Source: Azolla caroliniana (Eukaryota > Plantae > Polypodiophyta). From it: a DNA stretch of 64,000 bases. How positions within the stretch are numbered: position 1 is the first letter of the stretch; each line of letters starts with the position of its first letter. The notes under the pieces are model-generated. The model was not told where the DNA came from and made no database searches. It saw only the letters and a list, made by a program, of their open reading frames with translations. A program made the position numbers and the translations under genes. Shown in pieces: positions 53,121 through 64,000 of this stretch. The stretch is from contig JBHGNT010000013.1 in the NCBI GenBank assembly GCA_043228905.1, forward strand, positions 17,608,001-17,672,000, read 5' to 3'.

Positions 53121-54889
53121 TTTTTAAAGAGCTCACACACCTATTTATTTAGGCTAACCACCTAAGGGAGGGCGATATGTCAAAATAAAGGTTGATTGAT
53201 ACGTCTTGTAAAAGAGATGGGTATACTCATTTATTCACTCAAAACAATTAATTATTTTTGGGGTTTTTGCCGTATTCTCCTATTTCTAATGATATGCTAA
53301 GAAAAAACTACACGACAAACATTCGATGTGGGGTCAATGTAGGTCATGTGGCACAAGCAATGCATTGACCTTGTCTAATCATTTTTGATGTGTAAACTTG
53401 TGAATGGAATTGTTGATGGAACAATTCTATGTACTAACCTCGATCATGCATCTGTGATTGTTGATGGGACAATTCTAAGTATTAATCTTGATCATTCAAA
53501 GATTTATGGTTATCAAACCTATAGTTGAGTATTTGATATATGGTGTTGGTGCAAGAAATGCAATACCATGCATACTAATTTACGTGGTCACAATACACTT
53601 ATGAAGTCACTTTGTAGTTATTAAACTCAAGTCCTTATGGATCTTGAGTTAAGTACCTTAACCAAGTGGGCAAAGCATCAACAACCTTTACCTTAGTGTT
53701 CTACTTCTTTACATATTTACTTATTTCTTAACATCGCTAACAACCATACACTTTCCTTGGCATATGATGAATAATTATAAGGGTAGTTTTGTTGAACCTA
53801 CATAAATCCGAAAAACCTTTAGAACTTGAAATGTTATCATACAAATTAAATGTAAAGATGAAGTTTAGGTGCATAACAAATTATGTGGAATATTTTATCC
53901 AAAAAGTAATTTGGGAGGTAGACTTCCTATAAGAACTAAATACAAAGAGAAAAATGAAGTCTTTATGACTTTCTTCTTATTATTAACAATTATGTCTATA
54001 TGATAACTAATAGGCTTCACAATCGACACTTACCACACATTTTCTTGATTCATTTTATACTCAATCCTTGGTGTTGAGCTCCGATAAGGCCGCGGTTAAG
54101 AGCTATTGTTGATGCTTTCACAGGTTTAATTAATCTTACTTAAGAATTCCACACCTTATGCATTGTATCCTTGGTATCCCAAGGTCAATGCTCTTCAATC
54201 TTGGTAGAGAAGAGCACTTAGCCTTCTGATTGCAATCACATGTACAATAGACAAACTATTTTCCTTGTCCATCACACACTTTACTATTCTTATTAGCATT
54301 GTAGCAATATAGAGGAAGCAAAAATCGCGGAAAAGAATATATGCTAAATAAAGAATGAATATATGTTAATAGAGAGTTGAAGTGCAATTACAACAAGAGG
54401 GATTAGTATAACAAAAGTGATAGCTTGTGTGCTCCTAATTGAGCAAATATAGATTCAACTAATAAAGTAAAATAACCAATTAACTCTAGAACAAAATGCA
54501 AGGTCGGTTATGTAGGTAAGTTGTTACACCAAATAGATCAAACTCATTTACCATATTCAAGTTAGTTTTTTTCCTTGTCCGTATGTGTGAGGGTTTTTTG
54601 AGCTTGTTCACACCCAACATCCTCTCAAGCACTTTGCCTATAACAACTACATCATTAGATACCATCTTTTGATTGGAGAATTCCCACATTATTTTTGTAT
54701 GTACTGCACTCCAACATAATCCAATCTTTAGGCTCTTGTTATAGCGTAGATGAGCGTGTGTGTGCTACTTGAGTGAGACTCGGGGGACTTGAATGTCACG
54801 TAAATGCGCGTGGTTATGCTACTCGAGCAGGATCCCCGGGAGTCTTGGACCAGACAATATATGATGATGTGTTAGAAGATTCTTCAGAC

Positions 54890-55425
54890 CATGGAGACTC
54901 TATTCAAAGCATTTTTGGTCTGAAACATACTCTCGATTTTTCTCCATAACTCGTTTGCTTTGGTTTCATCACATAAATTGTTGTATAGACTCATGTCTAT
55001 GAAACATCGGATGTATGCAGATGTCTTTAGATGCATGGCATCCCAGGTTAATGTATCTATGTTCTCGGGTTTGCTCGTACCATGTAGTACGCGCAATCAC
55101 ATGTCCTTACATACCAACATGTCCCTCATTTTGGACTTCCAAATGGGGTAATTGGATCCCATCAGTTTAATCATCTTGCCTAATGATTCATCCATATTCA
55201 AAGTCTTTGCGGAGGCATGAACCTCTACTCTGATACCACTTGATGGGAATATGGATACGAATCGAGATGATTTAAACTTCAAACACAATTAGCACTTGAG
55301 CCATCTTGATACCTACGTCTTACAAGTTTCCTAAACACGGTGACTCTATTCAAAGCATTTTTGGTTTGAAACATACTCTCAATTTTTCTCCATAACTCGT
55401 TTGCTTTGGTTTCATCACAGATCTC
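54890..55425 (-). mobile_element. Ty1/copia fragment: gag piece, U5, PBS, gag start (rearranged)
   Basis: PBS TGGTATCAGAG (tRNA-iMet type) after ...CCCATCA; gag MDESLGKMIKLMGSNYPIWKSKMRDML..ETKANELWRKIESMFQ. Confidence 0.88.
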
Positions 55426-55495
55426 CTTGTGTGAATTCACTTTATATATTAAGTGGTGCAAAAGATTGAAGCGAAGAGATGTTGAAGGAGGTTTC

Positions 55496-56740
55496 TGATG
55501 GGAATATGGATACAAATCGAGATGATTTAAACTTCAAACACAATTAACACTTGATGAAACCACAAGACGGAAATGAGAGTACACCAAAAATTTTAACGTG
55601 GAAAACCCAAAATAGGGAAAAACCACAGGAATCGTAGGTTCCAAACAACTTCACTATATCTTTGAGTACAACAGAATACGACCTCACCAGAGGGGTGTAT
55701 CTACCTCAAGGCAATGGCCTTGGTTACAACCTTCACCCAATCGGGTGGATAGACTAACAAGGATTACAAACTGCGTACGAATGCTCTAGGTTTTGACTAG
55801 AGGAATGTACAAACCTCAAGGTAGCAACCTTGGCCACAATCTTCACCCGATCGGGTGGATACAATAACAATAAGCACAAGGAATGTCCTAGCCTCAAGGC
55901 AAAACAACCTTGGCTACAATTGTCACCCGATTGGGTGGATAAACCAACAACAATAAGCACAAGGAATGTGCTTGTCTCTCTAGGATTTGTCTAGAGGAAA
56001 TATATTAGCTTCAAGGCAACAACCTTGGTTACGATCCTCACCCGATTGGGTGGATAAACCAAAGAAAATAACCTTACAATTCTTCACCCAACTGGGTGGA
56101 TAGAAAAACTAGCAAAATAGGAAACAAGAAAACAACCATGAAACGAAGTAACTTGATGCGAGTAGACAAGAGAGGTGTTGCACAGTCGTGGTTCTCTGTT
56201 AGCACAACCAACTCCTCACATATCTCAGTCTCCTCCACTTCGTAGAACACTCTTCCTCTTGTTCTCTTTCGTTTTATGTTTTCTTCTCTATTTTCTGTTT
56301 TTCTCTCTGTGTTATCTCTTTCACTCGGTGTCTCAATCTCTGAGTTCTATCTCGCTTCTTTTTCAATGCTCTCTTTCGTTTCTTATCTATTGTTTTTCTG
56401 CTCTCTATCACGGTTTTTTGTGTCTGCTCCTCTTCCTTCAGCCTTGTAGAGTAACGTCTCTTTTCGTATCTGTTTTCACACCTGAGCATACAGGAAAGAC
56501 ACACCAAAACAACATAATAAAACATATATGCATACCTATCCACACGTATGTGTATATATTTGTAAATAGGTATATGTTAATATACTTAATTATATTGTTT
56601 TCCCTTTTCAGCCCAAATGGCACTTAGCTTGTAGGTGGCTGTCAGCCGTCTCTTGACTTCCTGTCGATCCTCAGCCAGCTCTAAGTCGGCTCTTCGACCT
56701 CAGCCGGTTGTGGGCTCCTCTTGAGTGGATAGACCCAACA
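55496..56740 (-). mobile_element. Copia solo LTR (about 1245 bp)
   Basis: TGTTGG...CCCATCA ends; flanks GTTTC/ATTTC (4/5 TSD); 3' end nearly identical to the U5 preceding the PBS at 55240; internal repeats with core CACCC(G/A)AT.GGGTGGATA x 5 (55705-56105). Confidence 0.85.
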
Positions 56741-57649
56741 ATTTCTTTGTTTCCTAAGCCTCGCCTACACCGTCTTTGTTCCTCTATCTTGATCACGTTC
56801 ATTCTTCCCACACCACTAGGGTCGCGATATGATAACCTAGATCTTTAGCTTGCACCTTGCACCACGACGAACCGTTTTCGTGGCCTCATCTACTTCTTCT
56901 CAGTATAATGTTTGTGCACCAAGCATGTACCACCCTCGTTCCTATCATCCCTTGGTCAGGGAACTTTGGCCTTCCTTCTTCCGTCGATATGCTCTTGTTT
57001 TTGCCAAGCGCCATCTGAATATCGACCTTGACCACTCCTTGTAGCCTTGTCCTCAAGTAAATGCTAAGATTTAGGCTCTTAGATGACCACATTGCATGTT
57101 TCTCACTTCATCCTTTTCCGTGGTATGCTCTCGCATTAGAGTTGACCACCCTTCCTTCGATCTTCCTGCCAGTGCCCTCCTTCGAGTTGGATGTCATGAT
57201 GACATCTGGAGGAACATCATTCGTTTTCTCCCTACTCCCTTGGCCCTCGTGTTGCACCGCGATGCTTTGTTTGGTGTCTTCATCATTTGCATCATCTTTG
57301 ACCTTCACGCCCTCATTGCCAAATTCCTTCTCTTGGGTCTTACTTTTGTTCAAGCCCGACTCTTCGGTGATGAACCTCTCTCCACCAACTGATTTCCCCC
57401 CATCCACCATTGCCCAAGTGTCTACGACTATTGGGGAGAAAGTCCCAATCCGTTCGTTGTCCTTCTCCTTTGTTGTGTTGTCCATAGCCACTTCCTCCTT
57501 GACATTGTTGTTCGTGGTTATCACTTCAAACCTATGGCCATCATACCCATTCGAGTGCTTAACACTTGGAACTTCCACATCACAACATCAAATCTCGATG
57601 GAGAGGGTTTTGACTCACGAATAGAATCTTGATATCATCTCAAGTTGCC

Positions 57650-58314
57650 GTAAGAGAGGGGGTAGTTAATCCTCTTTAAATAGCCCAACTCTTAAGGCTC
57701 CCAAAGCTCCACATATTCACACAAGTCATACCTCCTTATGGATATTTTCCAAGTCCTAGGATAAGTTATTTCCCACTTTTCCCACCATTACACCATTCAA
57801 ACTAGCCTTAAGAAATGGTGCCTAAGGATATAGCTAAAGGTGGAGTTTAAGAAACAAGTTTCAAGATTATAGTTATGTTAATGAGGCAAATTTTTCATGT
57901 ATTAATTTAGTATAGTAGCGTTGTGTGTACCATTAAACAACACCAAAGGAACAAAACTCAAAGGAACAAAGAAATAACATTTTTCAATGAAGGTATAAAC
58001 ACAAGGACGACTATGACATGTGCACTTATGAGGAGAAATGGTGGAAAAGGAGTGGGGAATTTCCTTGTGTTATCAAATGGTGCTTGCATTAAATAAATGT
58101 ATGTTATTTGACCACTGATAGCACCTTCATTAGAAGAGGACAAGAACTTTGAAATAATAAGATGGTAGGAGAGACAAAGGGAGATGGAAGAGAATGAAGA
58201 TTGAGGTGAAAAACACGTTGAGAAAAAGCATCAAGCTTTGTATTTAGAGCGATCAGTGCAATAACCTTTTATAACAAGGATTAGACCCTAGTGTTGAGGG
58301 TTGACTTCATAACA
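57650..58314 (+). mobile_element. Possible PPT plus 3' LTR of another LTR retrotransposon
   Basis: AAGAGAGGGGG polypurine tract, then T(A)GTTAAT... ending ...CATAACA; weak. Confidence 0.35.
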
Positions 58315-60974
58315 AGCATGACCCCCATATGAGCCATGATGTATTAACTGTGCTACACAAACTTATGTGAACCAATATATACACACAAGGAATAATGGTG
58401 TGAATGTAGGAAGCATCATCAAGGGGAGCTCCATATTTGAGTTTGTACCATAAGAGAGTGGAACAAGGTGTATGAAGAGTTGCCTAGAAGGTCAAGAATG
58501 GTCTATGGGATTTGGTCAAGGTCCCATGTATTGAGTTCCCCAACAATGACAACCGGTCCATATGCATTGAATTCAACCACATTTGACTAGTGCATTTTTT
58601 TTCATGCCCTTCTAGTAAGATCCACGTTGAGATCATATTAGAGTGGGAATAACAAGATCCCAACATAGACAATTAAATATCCATTCAAATGATGCTTTGC
58701 AAGAACGAAATTATAGAGTAACATATTATTAATTAAGGACAATTTCTAAATAAAAGGGTTACTAAGAATGCAAACCATAAAATATGAGCATTCACTCCAA
58801 ATATCTCAATGAAGCTATCGCAAAATTTTTAAACTTTGGTCAATATAGAATTCATTGAAACAAGTTTTGACATTCTATCTAAAAGGACAAGCATTGGTAA
58901 ACTTTATGTATGCTAAGGTAAACCTATAAAATTTTCTATGATTGACGAGGCCACATTTGATATTTCAATGTATTAGGAGGCTATTTACAAAGGAATAATA
59001 AGAGTCCAAATTTATAGTGTTGTATGATTAGTAATAACAAATTGGGCATGGTGTCCACATGTGAAAAAGCAACATGCTCTACAAAGCGTGCCTATAAAGT
59101 CCTATATAATCAATCCATATGCAAGTTTGTAAGATTTTGAGACTTTCTCATGTCTAGGAGATTATAGATACACATAGCTTCAAGTTCCTAGGAGTGTTCT
59201 TCAAGGGCCAACTTTGATATGGATGTGTATTTGATGCTATCTAAATAATATAATGTGTAATAAGTTGACACTTGTGCACCATGATCCCTCAGAATCTGAG
59301 TTTTTGAGTTAGTTGTGTGTAGTTTTAAGAAATGGGGCTCTGGTTTTTGCAATAAGGCTAACCCTTTGAGGAAGAAGTGGGGGGCTAAATTTCCCTTCCA
59401 AAAAGTAAGTGGCTTTGGATATGTACATAGCTCTTTCCTTTTCCCTTTATCTTGTAGAACATGATGTTGGTTACTTTTGTTTACTAGCATGTTGTTAATC
59501 GTGATTCCAATCTTGTACCCATAACAGTGAACTCCTCCACCAACTCATGATTCTCATTGTTTCTACTTTCCATGCTTTAAAAGGCCCAAACTTAAAATAC
59601 ATTTTTTATATTTGACCTATAACAAATGTTGTACCACAAAAGGGTTTCATAGAATATTAAAAGCTTGCAGGATTTATAGAATCTAGATCGTACACACATG
59701 CAAATGTTATTGATGTATATGATTCTCATCCATGTGGTCATGGAGTCTGACTTTAGGTGTATTCAAACATAAAATTATGAGACAATTTCATCCAACTTTT
59801 TTGTTGGAATTGATGAGTGTTCCCAATGCTTTGAAGAATGGACAAGCTACCCAGAAGTTGCACACAAATTTGTTATAAATGCTCGGCTTCATGTATTTAG
59901 TCTTATGCAACTTTTGGCGAACCAATTACAATACACTCCTCGCATTATATGAGACTTGATTGTATGTTTGTGTGAAGGGGGCTTGTAATATATAAACAAT
60001 TTGTAATCTTTTTCCCATGGAGATTCCAATTCACATTGATTGTTAAGGTTTCCATCAAACAATCCTTCTATGTTTGTTATGTTTGTCATGACATTGCAAG
60101 CAATTTTATGTACTATTTTTTCAATCTTCTTTACACTGACATGTTGTAAATATTCTTTATGGCTTTTCACCCCACTTTGGGGTTTCCCACTAGCAATTTA
60201 ATGCATTGCTAAACATTGATTGTTTACATCAAATTGATGTTGTGATGTTCTCCTCATGTAATTACATCCTAAAGCACAAAATGAACATAAAAGCATTGCG
60301 TTAATACATATTATAAGAAAGAGACTCTGGATATCCCCACCAATTTGACCCCATCGATTGTCCCGAATAGATTCTTGAGATCAACTCAACTAATTTATAG
60401 ATTAAAATATTTGAACATCATGATGGTATGCGGGTGAAGCTTGTGCATCACAACCTTACGTGTTCAATGTTGTGATTATTATCTCTTGGCAGCAAGAACC
60501 CTAATGATAGAAAATGCTTTCCATGACACAAGGGTTGAAAACAATAGCATCGATATGCTCACACTAAACATGGGTGGGCATGTTCCAAAATCCAATGTTC
60601 AAAGTTTGTGCTATGGATTTGTTGTTATATGCTTCACTAGGAGTATTGAACTTCCCACTATGGGTTGACCCTTAAAAACCGCCTTTTAACAAATTACAAG
60701 GCACAATCAACTTTACAACAAAACCACTAAAGATGGCCTTCCTTTTTTATAAGGTACTTTCCTCAAAATGAAAGGCATGTTGCATGGAAGTAAAGGGAGG
60801 ACTACTAAACCTTTCATAACTTGATCATATATGCTTTCATTCTAGTCATTATCCTCTTTCACATTTATTAGAGTTAATTCTTCATTAAAACACTTCTAGT
60901 TATTATGAGCACAATATCATGTTTAGCTTCCTCATCCATTAAATATACGATCTCATTACTTTAATTAGAGGAAT

Positions 60975-62519
60975 ATGGCTCTACTACTTCTGTGGCATGG
61001 CTTGATCATACTTCAAGTGTTACAACCTTCACAAGGCCCATCTTCAAGTCCATTGCCAATCTCTAGCAATGGCACTAACACCATGGTCAATCAAACAATT
61101 GTGCCGGACAAAGCCATCTTGCCAGCAGGAGATGTATATACCACTGGATCAAGTTCGGATGTGAATCAAGCTCAAGAATCAACTAATTTAACCGATCAAT
61201 ACACTTCTAGTGATTCGTTTCGCCTGATCAACCCAAGCATCGCGGTAATAATAGGGATCCTTGGTTCTTTACTTTCACTAACACTAATCTTAGTTCTCTT
61301 CTATGTCAAACATTGCAAGTCAACTAGGAGCACACCAATGGTGAGCTTCTATAATCACGATCATAGGAGGTCCATCCTCAATAACTATGACAACTTTGGC
61401 ATGAATATAAATATGATCAGAAATCCCCACTTGAGCTCTAGCTTTCACCTAGACTATCTATATAATCACCCACCATCCATGTTGGTCACAACCCGTACGG
61501 ATTCGGGTATCGACCGAGATGTGGTAGAAGCTCTTCCCCTGTTCTCTTACTCTGCTCTCAAGGGCTTCAAGGATGGGCTAGAGTGTGCTGTATGCTTATC
61601 GAAATATGAGAACCCCGACATCCTTCGTCTTCTTCCTGCGTGCAAACACGCATTCCATCTCGAATGTGTGGATCTATGGCTCTTGCATCACTCCACTTGC
61701 CCTCTTTGCCGGCACAAAGTCGAGCAATATAATGCCGATAGCTTATACAATGGCAACATCTACATGGAAGATTTCTCATCGATGATGATGCGTAACGACA
61801 ATGTTGAGGTTAATGCTAGTGATGAAATTTTGATGCCATCGCAATGGCACTCAAGTAGGAGGATTAATTCCGCATCTCGGCATCTTAATTCGGCATCCCA
61901 AAGTGTTACTTCCGGAATTTCTTGTAGAGCTACTTCACTCGAGAGGTCAAATAAAGTAGAATTCTATGTTCAAGATAGAGATGCAATTAGTGTGAATGAT
62001 GGGGATGATGCTCAATGTGATGCGGAAGGAGAGGGGAGATCCAATAACCTTACTTTGGAGGATATACCTAGTACTACTAACTCTTCATGGAGGAAATACA
62101 TTACTTCGGATGGGCCAATGATCACTAGTGGCGCCGATTATACTCGTCCCAATGGGACTTTGTCATCAATAAAGTCAAGTAGTAGTAGTAGTAGTCATAG
62201 TGGTAGTAGTAAAGGAATTAATAGCATGTGTGATCCTACTAATTCCCGGAGGCGAGAAGCTAGTGATGGAGGTGATGATCAAGCCATAAATTATTATGCA
62301 TTGATGAGGAATATCATGATGCATGATGACCATGCACGTTCATGGAGGGTGGGAAGATATAATGCAAAAGGTCGGGACGATCATATTGTATTGAGTAAAC
62401 CTAATTGTGATGAAGATCATATTCTCGAGGAGATGGAAAAGAAGAGGCTCTACCATAGAATCAATATTAATGTAGTCTCCGGCCAATGTAGTACAAATGA
62501 TGAAATCTATCATGATTGA
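60975..62519 (+). CDS. ATL-family RING-H2 E3 ubiquitin ligase (ATL42/ATL12-like), intronless
   Basis: N-terminal hydrophobic leader, TM (PSIAVIIGILG..LFY), GLD motif SGIDRDVVEALP, RING-H2 CAVC..CKHAFH..C..W..CPLCR. Confidence 0.93.
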   Translation: MALLLLWHGLIILQVLQPSQGPSSSPLPISSNGTNTMVNQTIVPDKAILPAGDVYTTGSSSDVNQAQESTNLTDQYTSSDSFRLINPSIAVIIGILGSLLSLTLILVLFYVKHCKSTRSTPMVSFYNHDHRRSILNNYDNFGMNINMIRNPHLSSSFHLDYLYNHPPSMLVTTRTDSGIDRDVVEALPLFSYSALKGFKDGLECAVCLSKYENPDILRLLPACKHAFHLECVDLWLLHHSTCPLCRHKVEQYNADSLYNGNIYMEDFSSMMMRNDNVEVNASDEILMPSQWHSSRRINSASRHLNSASQSVTSGISCRATSLERSNKVEFYVQDRDAISVNDGDDAQCDAEGEGRSNNLTLEDIPSTTNSSWRKYITSDGPMITSGADYTRPNGTLSSIKSSSSSSSHSGSSKGINSMCDPTNSRRREASDGGDDQAINYYALMRNIMMHDDHARSWRVGRYNAKGRDDHIVLSKPNCDEDHILEEMEKKRLYHRININVVSGQCSTNDEIYHD

Positions 62520-64000
62520 GTTTAATTTGTGATAGAGGTTCATGTGGTTTATTGTATTGAATCGCAAAGCTTGTACCAATCGAGGTGTCCCCTCATAGAT
62601 TACTATAACTTAAATTCAAACATTGTAAAAGTAGCTACCCCATCAAGGTTCTCATGGAGGCTTACCCTAGTGAAAGATAGTAGTCCATTTTCCATGGGAT
62701 TTTTCTTTAATACTTGTGAAATATGCAATGTGTTGTAAAGGTTTGAAATACAATACATGAAATCTTCATGTCTAACAAAGGATGTCTTGATATTTTCTTA
62801 TAGATTGTGTTCAAATATCGTGAGGGCATTGTAATTACTTAACATTAAGATATTCTCAATTTATTTATCTTACAATAATCGCCTTAGCATTAATCTCTCA
62901 TATTAATCCACTTACCTTACCTTCAATATATTGTTAGGCTCTCATTAAGCTATATATAAAGTATTCTAATCCTCTCGTTAATATCTTCTTAAAAACCAAA
63001 AGTAACCATTAATTTAAATACCCTGGTGTATTATTTTGCCAACATTAATATGAAATTATTCATTACATTCTTCGTTCTTTTTGAAAACGTGATTACAAAA
63101 AAGAACATGCATGAAATTTTGCTTATTTTTATGAATATGCAATCCCACTTGACACATACACATACACACAAACTCACTTTGGCTTGGTTTAAACCAAATG
63201 GTTTATACAACAAGCCTTGATAAGGTTGCCATTGGCAATACATTCATCTTACGTTTGTTATGTGCAAATGATGGCTTCAGATGGCAAACCCCTATCCACA
63301 ACTTGGAAAACTTTTGCATACGTATGTTGAGTGTGAAGAGCACCAAAGTGACACATGCATCATGTACGATAATAAGCCACTAAAGACCATAGAAAACATC
63401 AAATGCCTTCGTCTTGATGCTCCTTACAAGTTACAATCAAGGATACAATTAATTTTATGTTAGTCACATCTAAGAAAGAGAAAATATAACTTCCTAAGAA
63501 CTAAAAACAACTAGAAGATATGAGAAAGCAAACATTGGGTTATGAAGCAATGCATGTTTTTGACACCAATGCTTCAATGTGGGGTTCAAAATGAAGCACT
63601 CGCATCTTGAAGTCCACTTGGAGTTATTTTGTTTAAAACGTTACAAGATTTGAGTTGATTAATTAGATGGAAGGTCCTTTACAAAACAATAAATTTCATA
63701 ATTTCTTTCTAGCCTCTCAAGTAAAAGTGCATGGACCGAGGCAAGTGTCCTTGAAAGTTTTAAGATAAGGAAACAAATTAGCATGCTTACTAATTGATCG
63801 CAATGTATTGGATCTCATTCTATATTTCTATTTATGTTCTCTACATTGCTCCAAAGTAGCAGAAGTTCACATATATGTCAAATTTCATTCAATTCTTTAA
63901 TCCCATTGGTATCTTAGATTATTACTTTGGCTTCTTCACTCCATATTGTAGCGTGGATCTGTTGGTTAGTCAAAGACCTCCCTCTGGTGTGCACATACAA

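Noticed and set aside
57061-57624. 156-187 aa ORFs on both strands
   Set aside because: Low complexity, no recognisable domain, and located between LTR-like segments; likely retrotransposon internal DNA.
59500-60300. Possible Helitron or other TE coding relic
   Set aside because: The resemblance is too faint to support without a search.

Overview
AT-rich eukaryotic nuclear DNA from a land plant. The PLS-PPR relics, TE-stuffed introns and gene style suggest a fern or other seed-free vascular plant (inference). Three host genes are present. (1) The 5' part of a large VPS13-family gene on the minus strand: 18 exons from 30197 to 152 that I spliced in frame by hand (about 2300 aa), continuing off the left edge. 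(2) A two-exon LRR-III-type atypical receptor-like kinase (45274-50511). (3) An intronless ATL RING-H2 E3 ligase (60975-62519). The roughly 10.8-kb VPS13 intron 3 is the most unusual part. It holds a head-to-head inverted pair of Penelope-like RT elements and a non-L1 LINE (RTEX/CR1-L2-like, with a (TTTC)n tail) nested in an older copy of its own family. Many 3'-end fragments of that LINE are scattered through the introns. The intergenic DNA holds PPR pseudogene fragments, copia relics, solo LTRs, MITEs, micro/minisatellites and an unexplained cluster of consecutive stem-loops near 40.2-40.4 kb. All calls come from reading the sequence by eye; no database searches were run.
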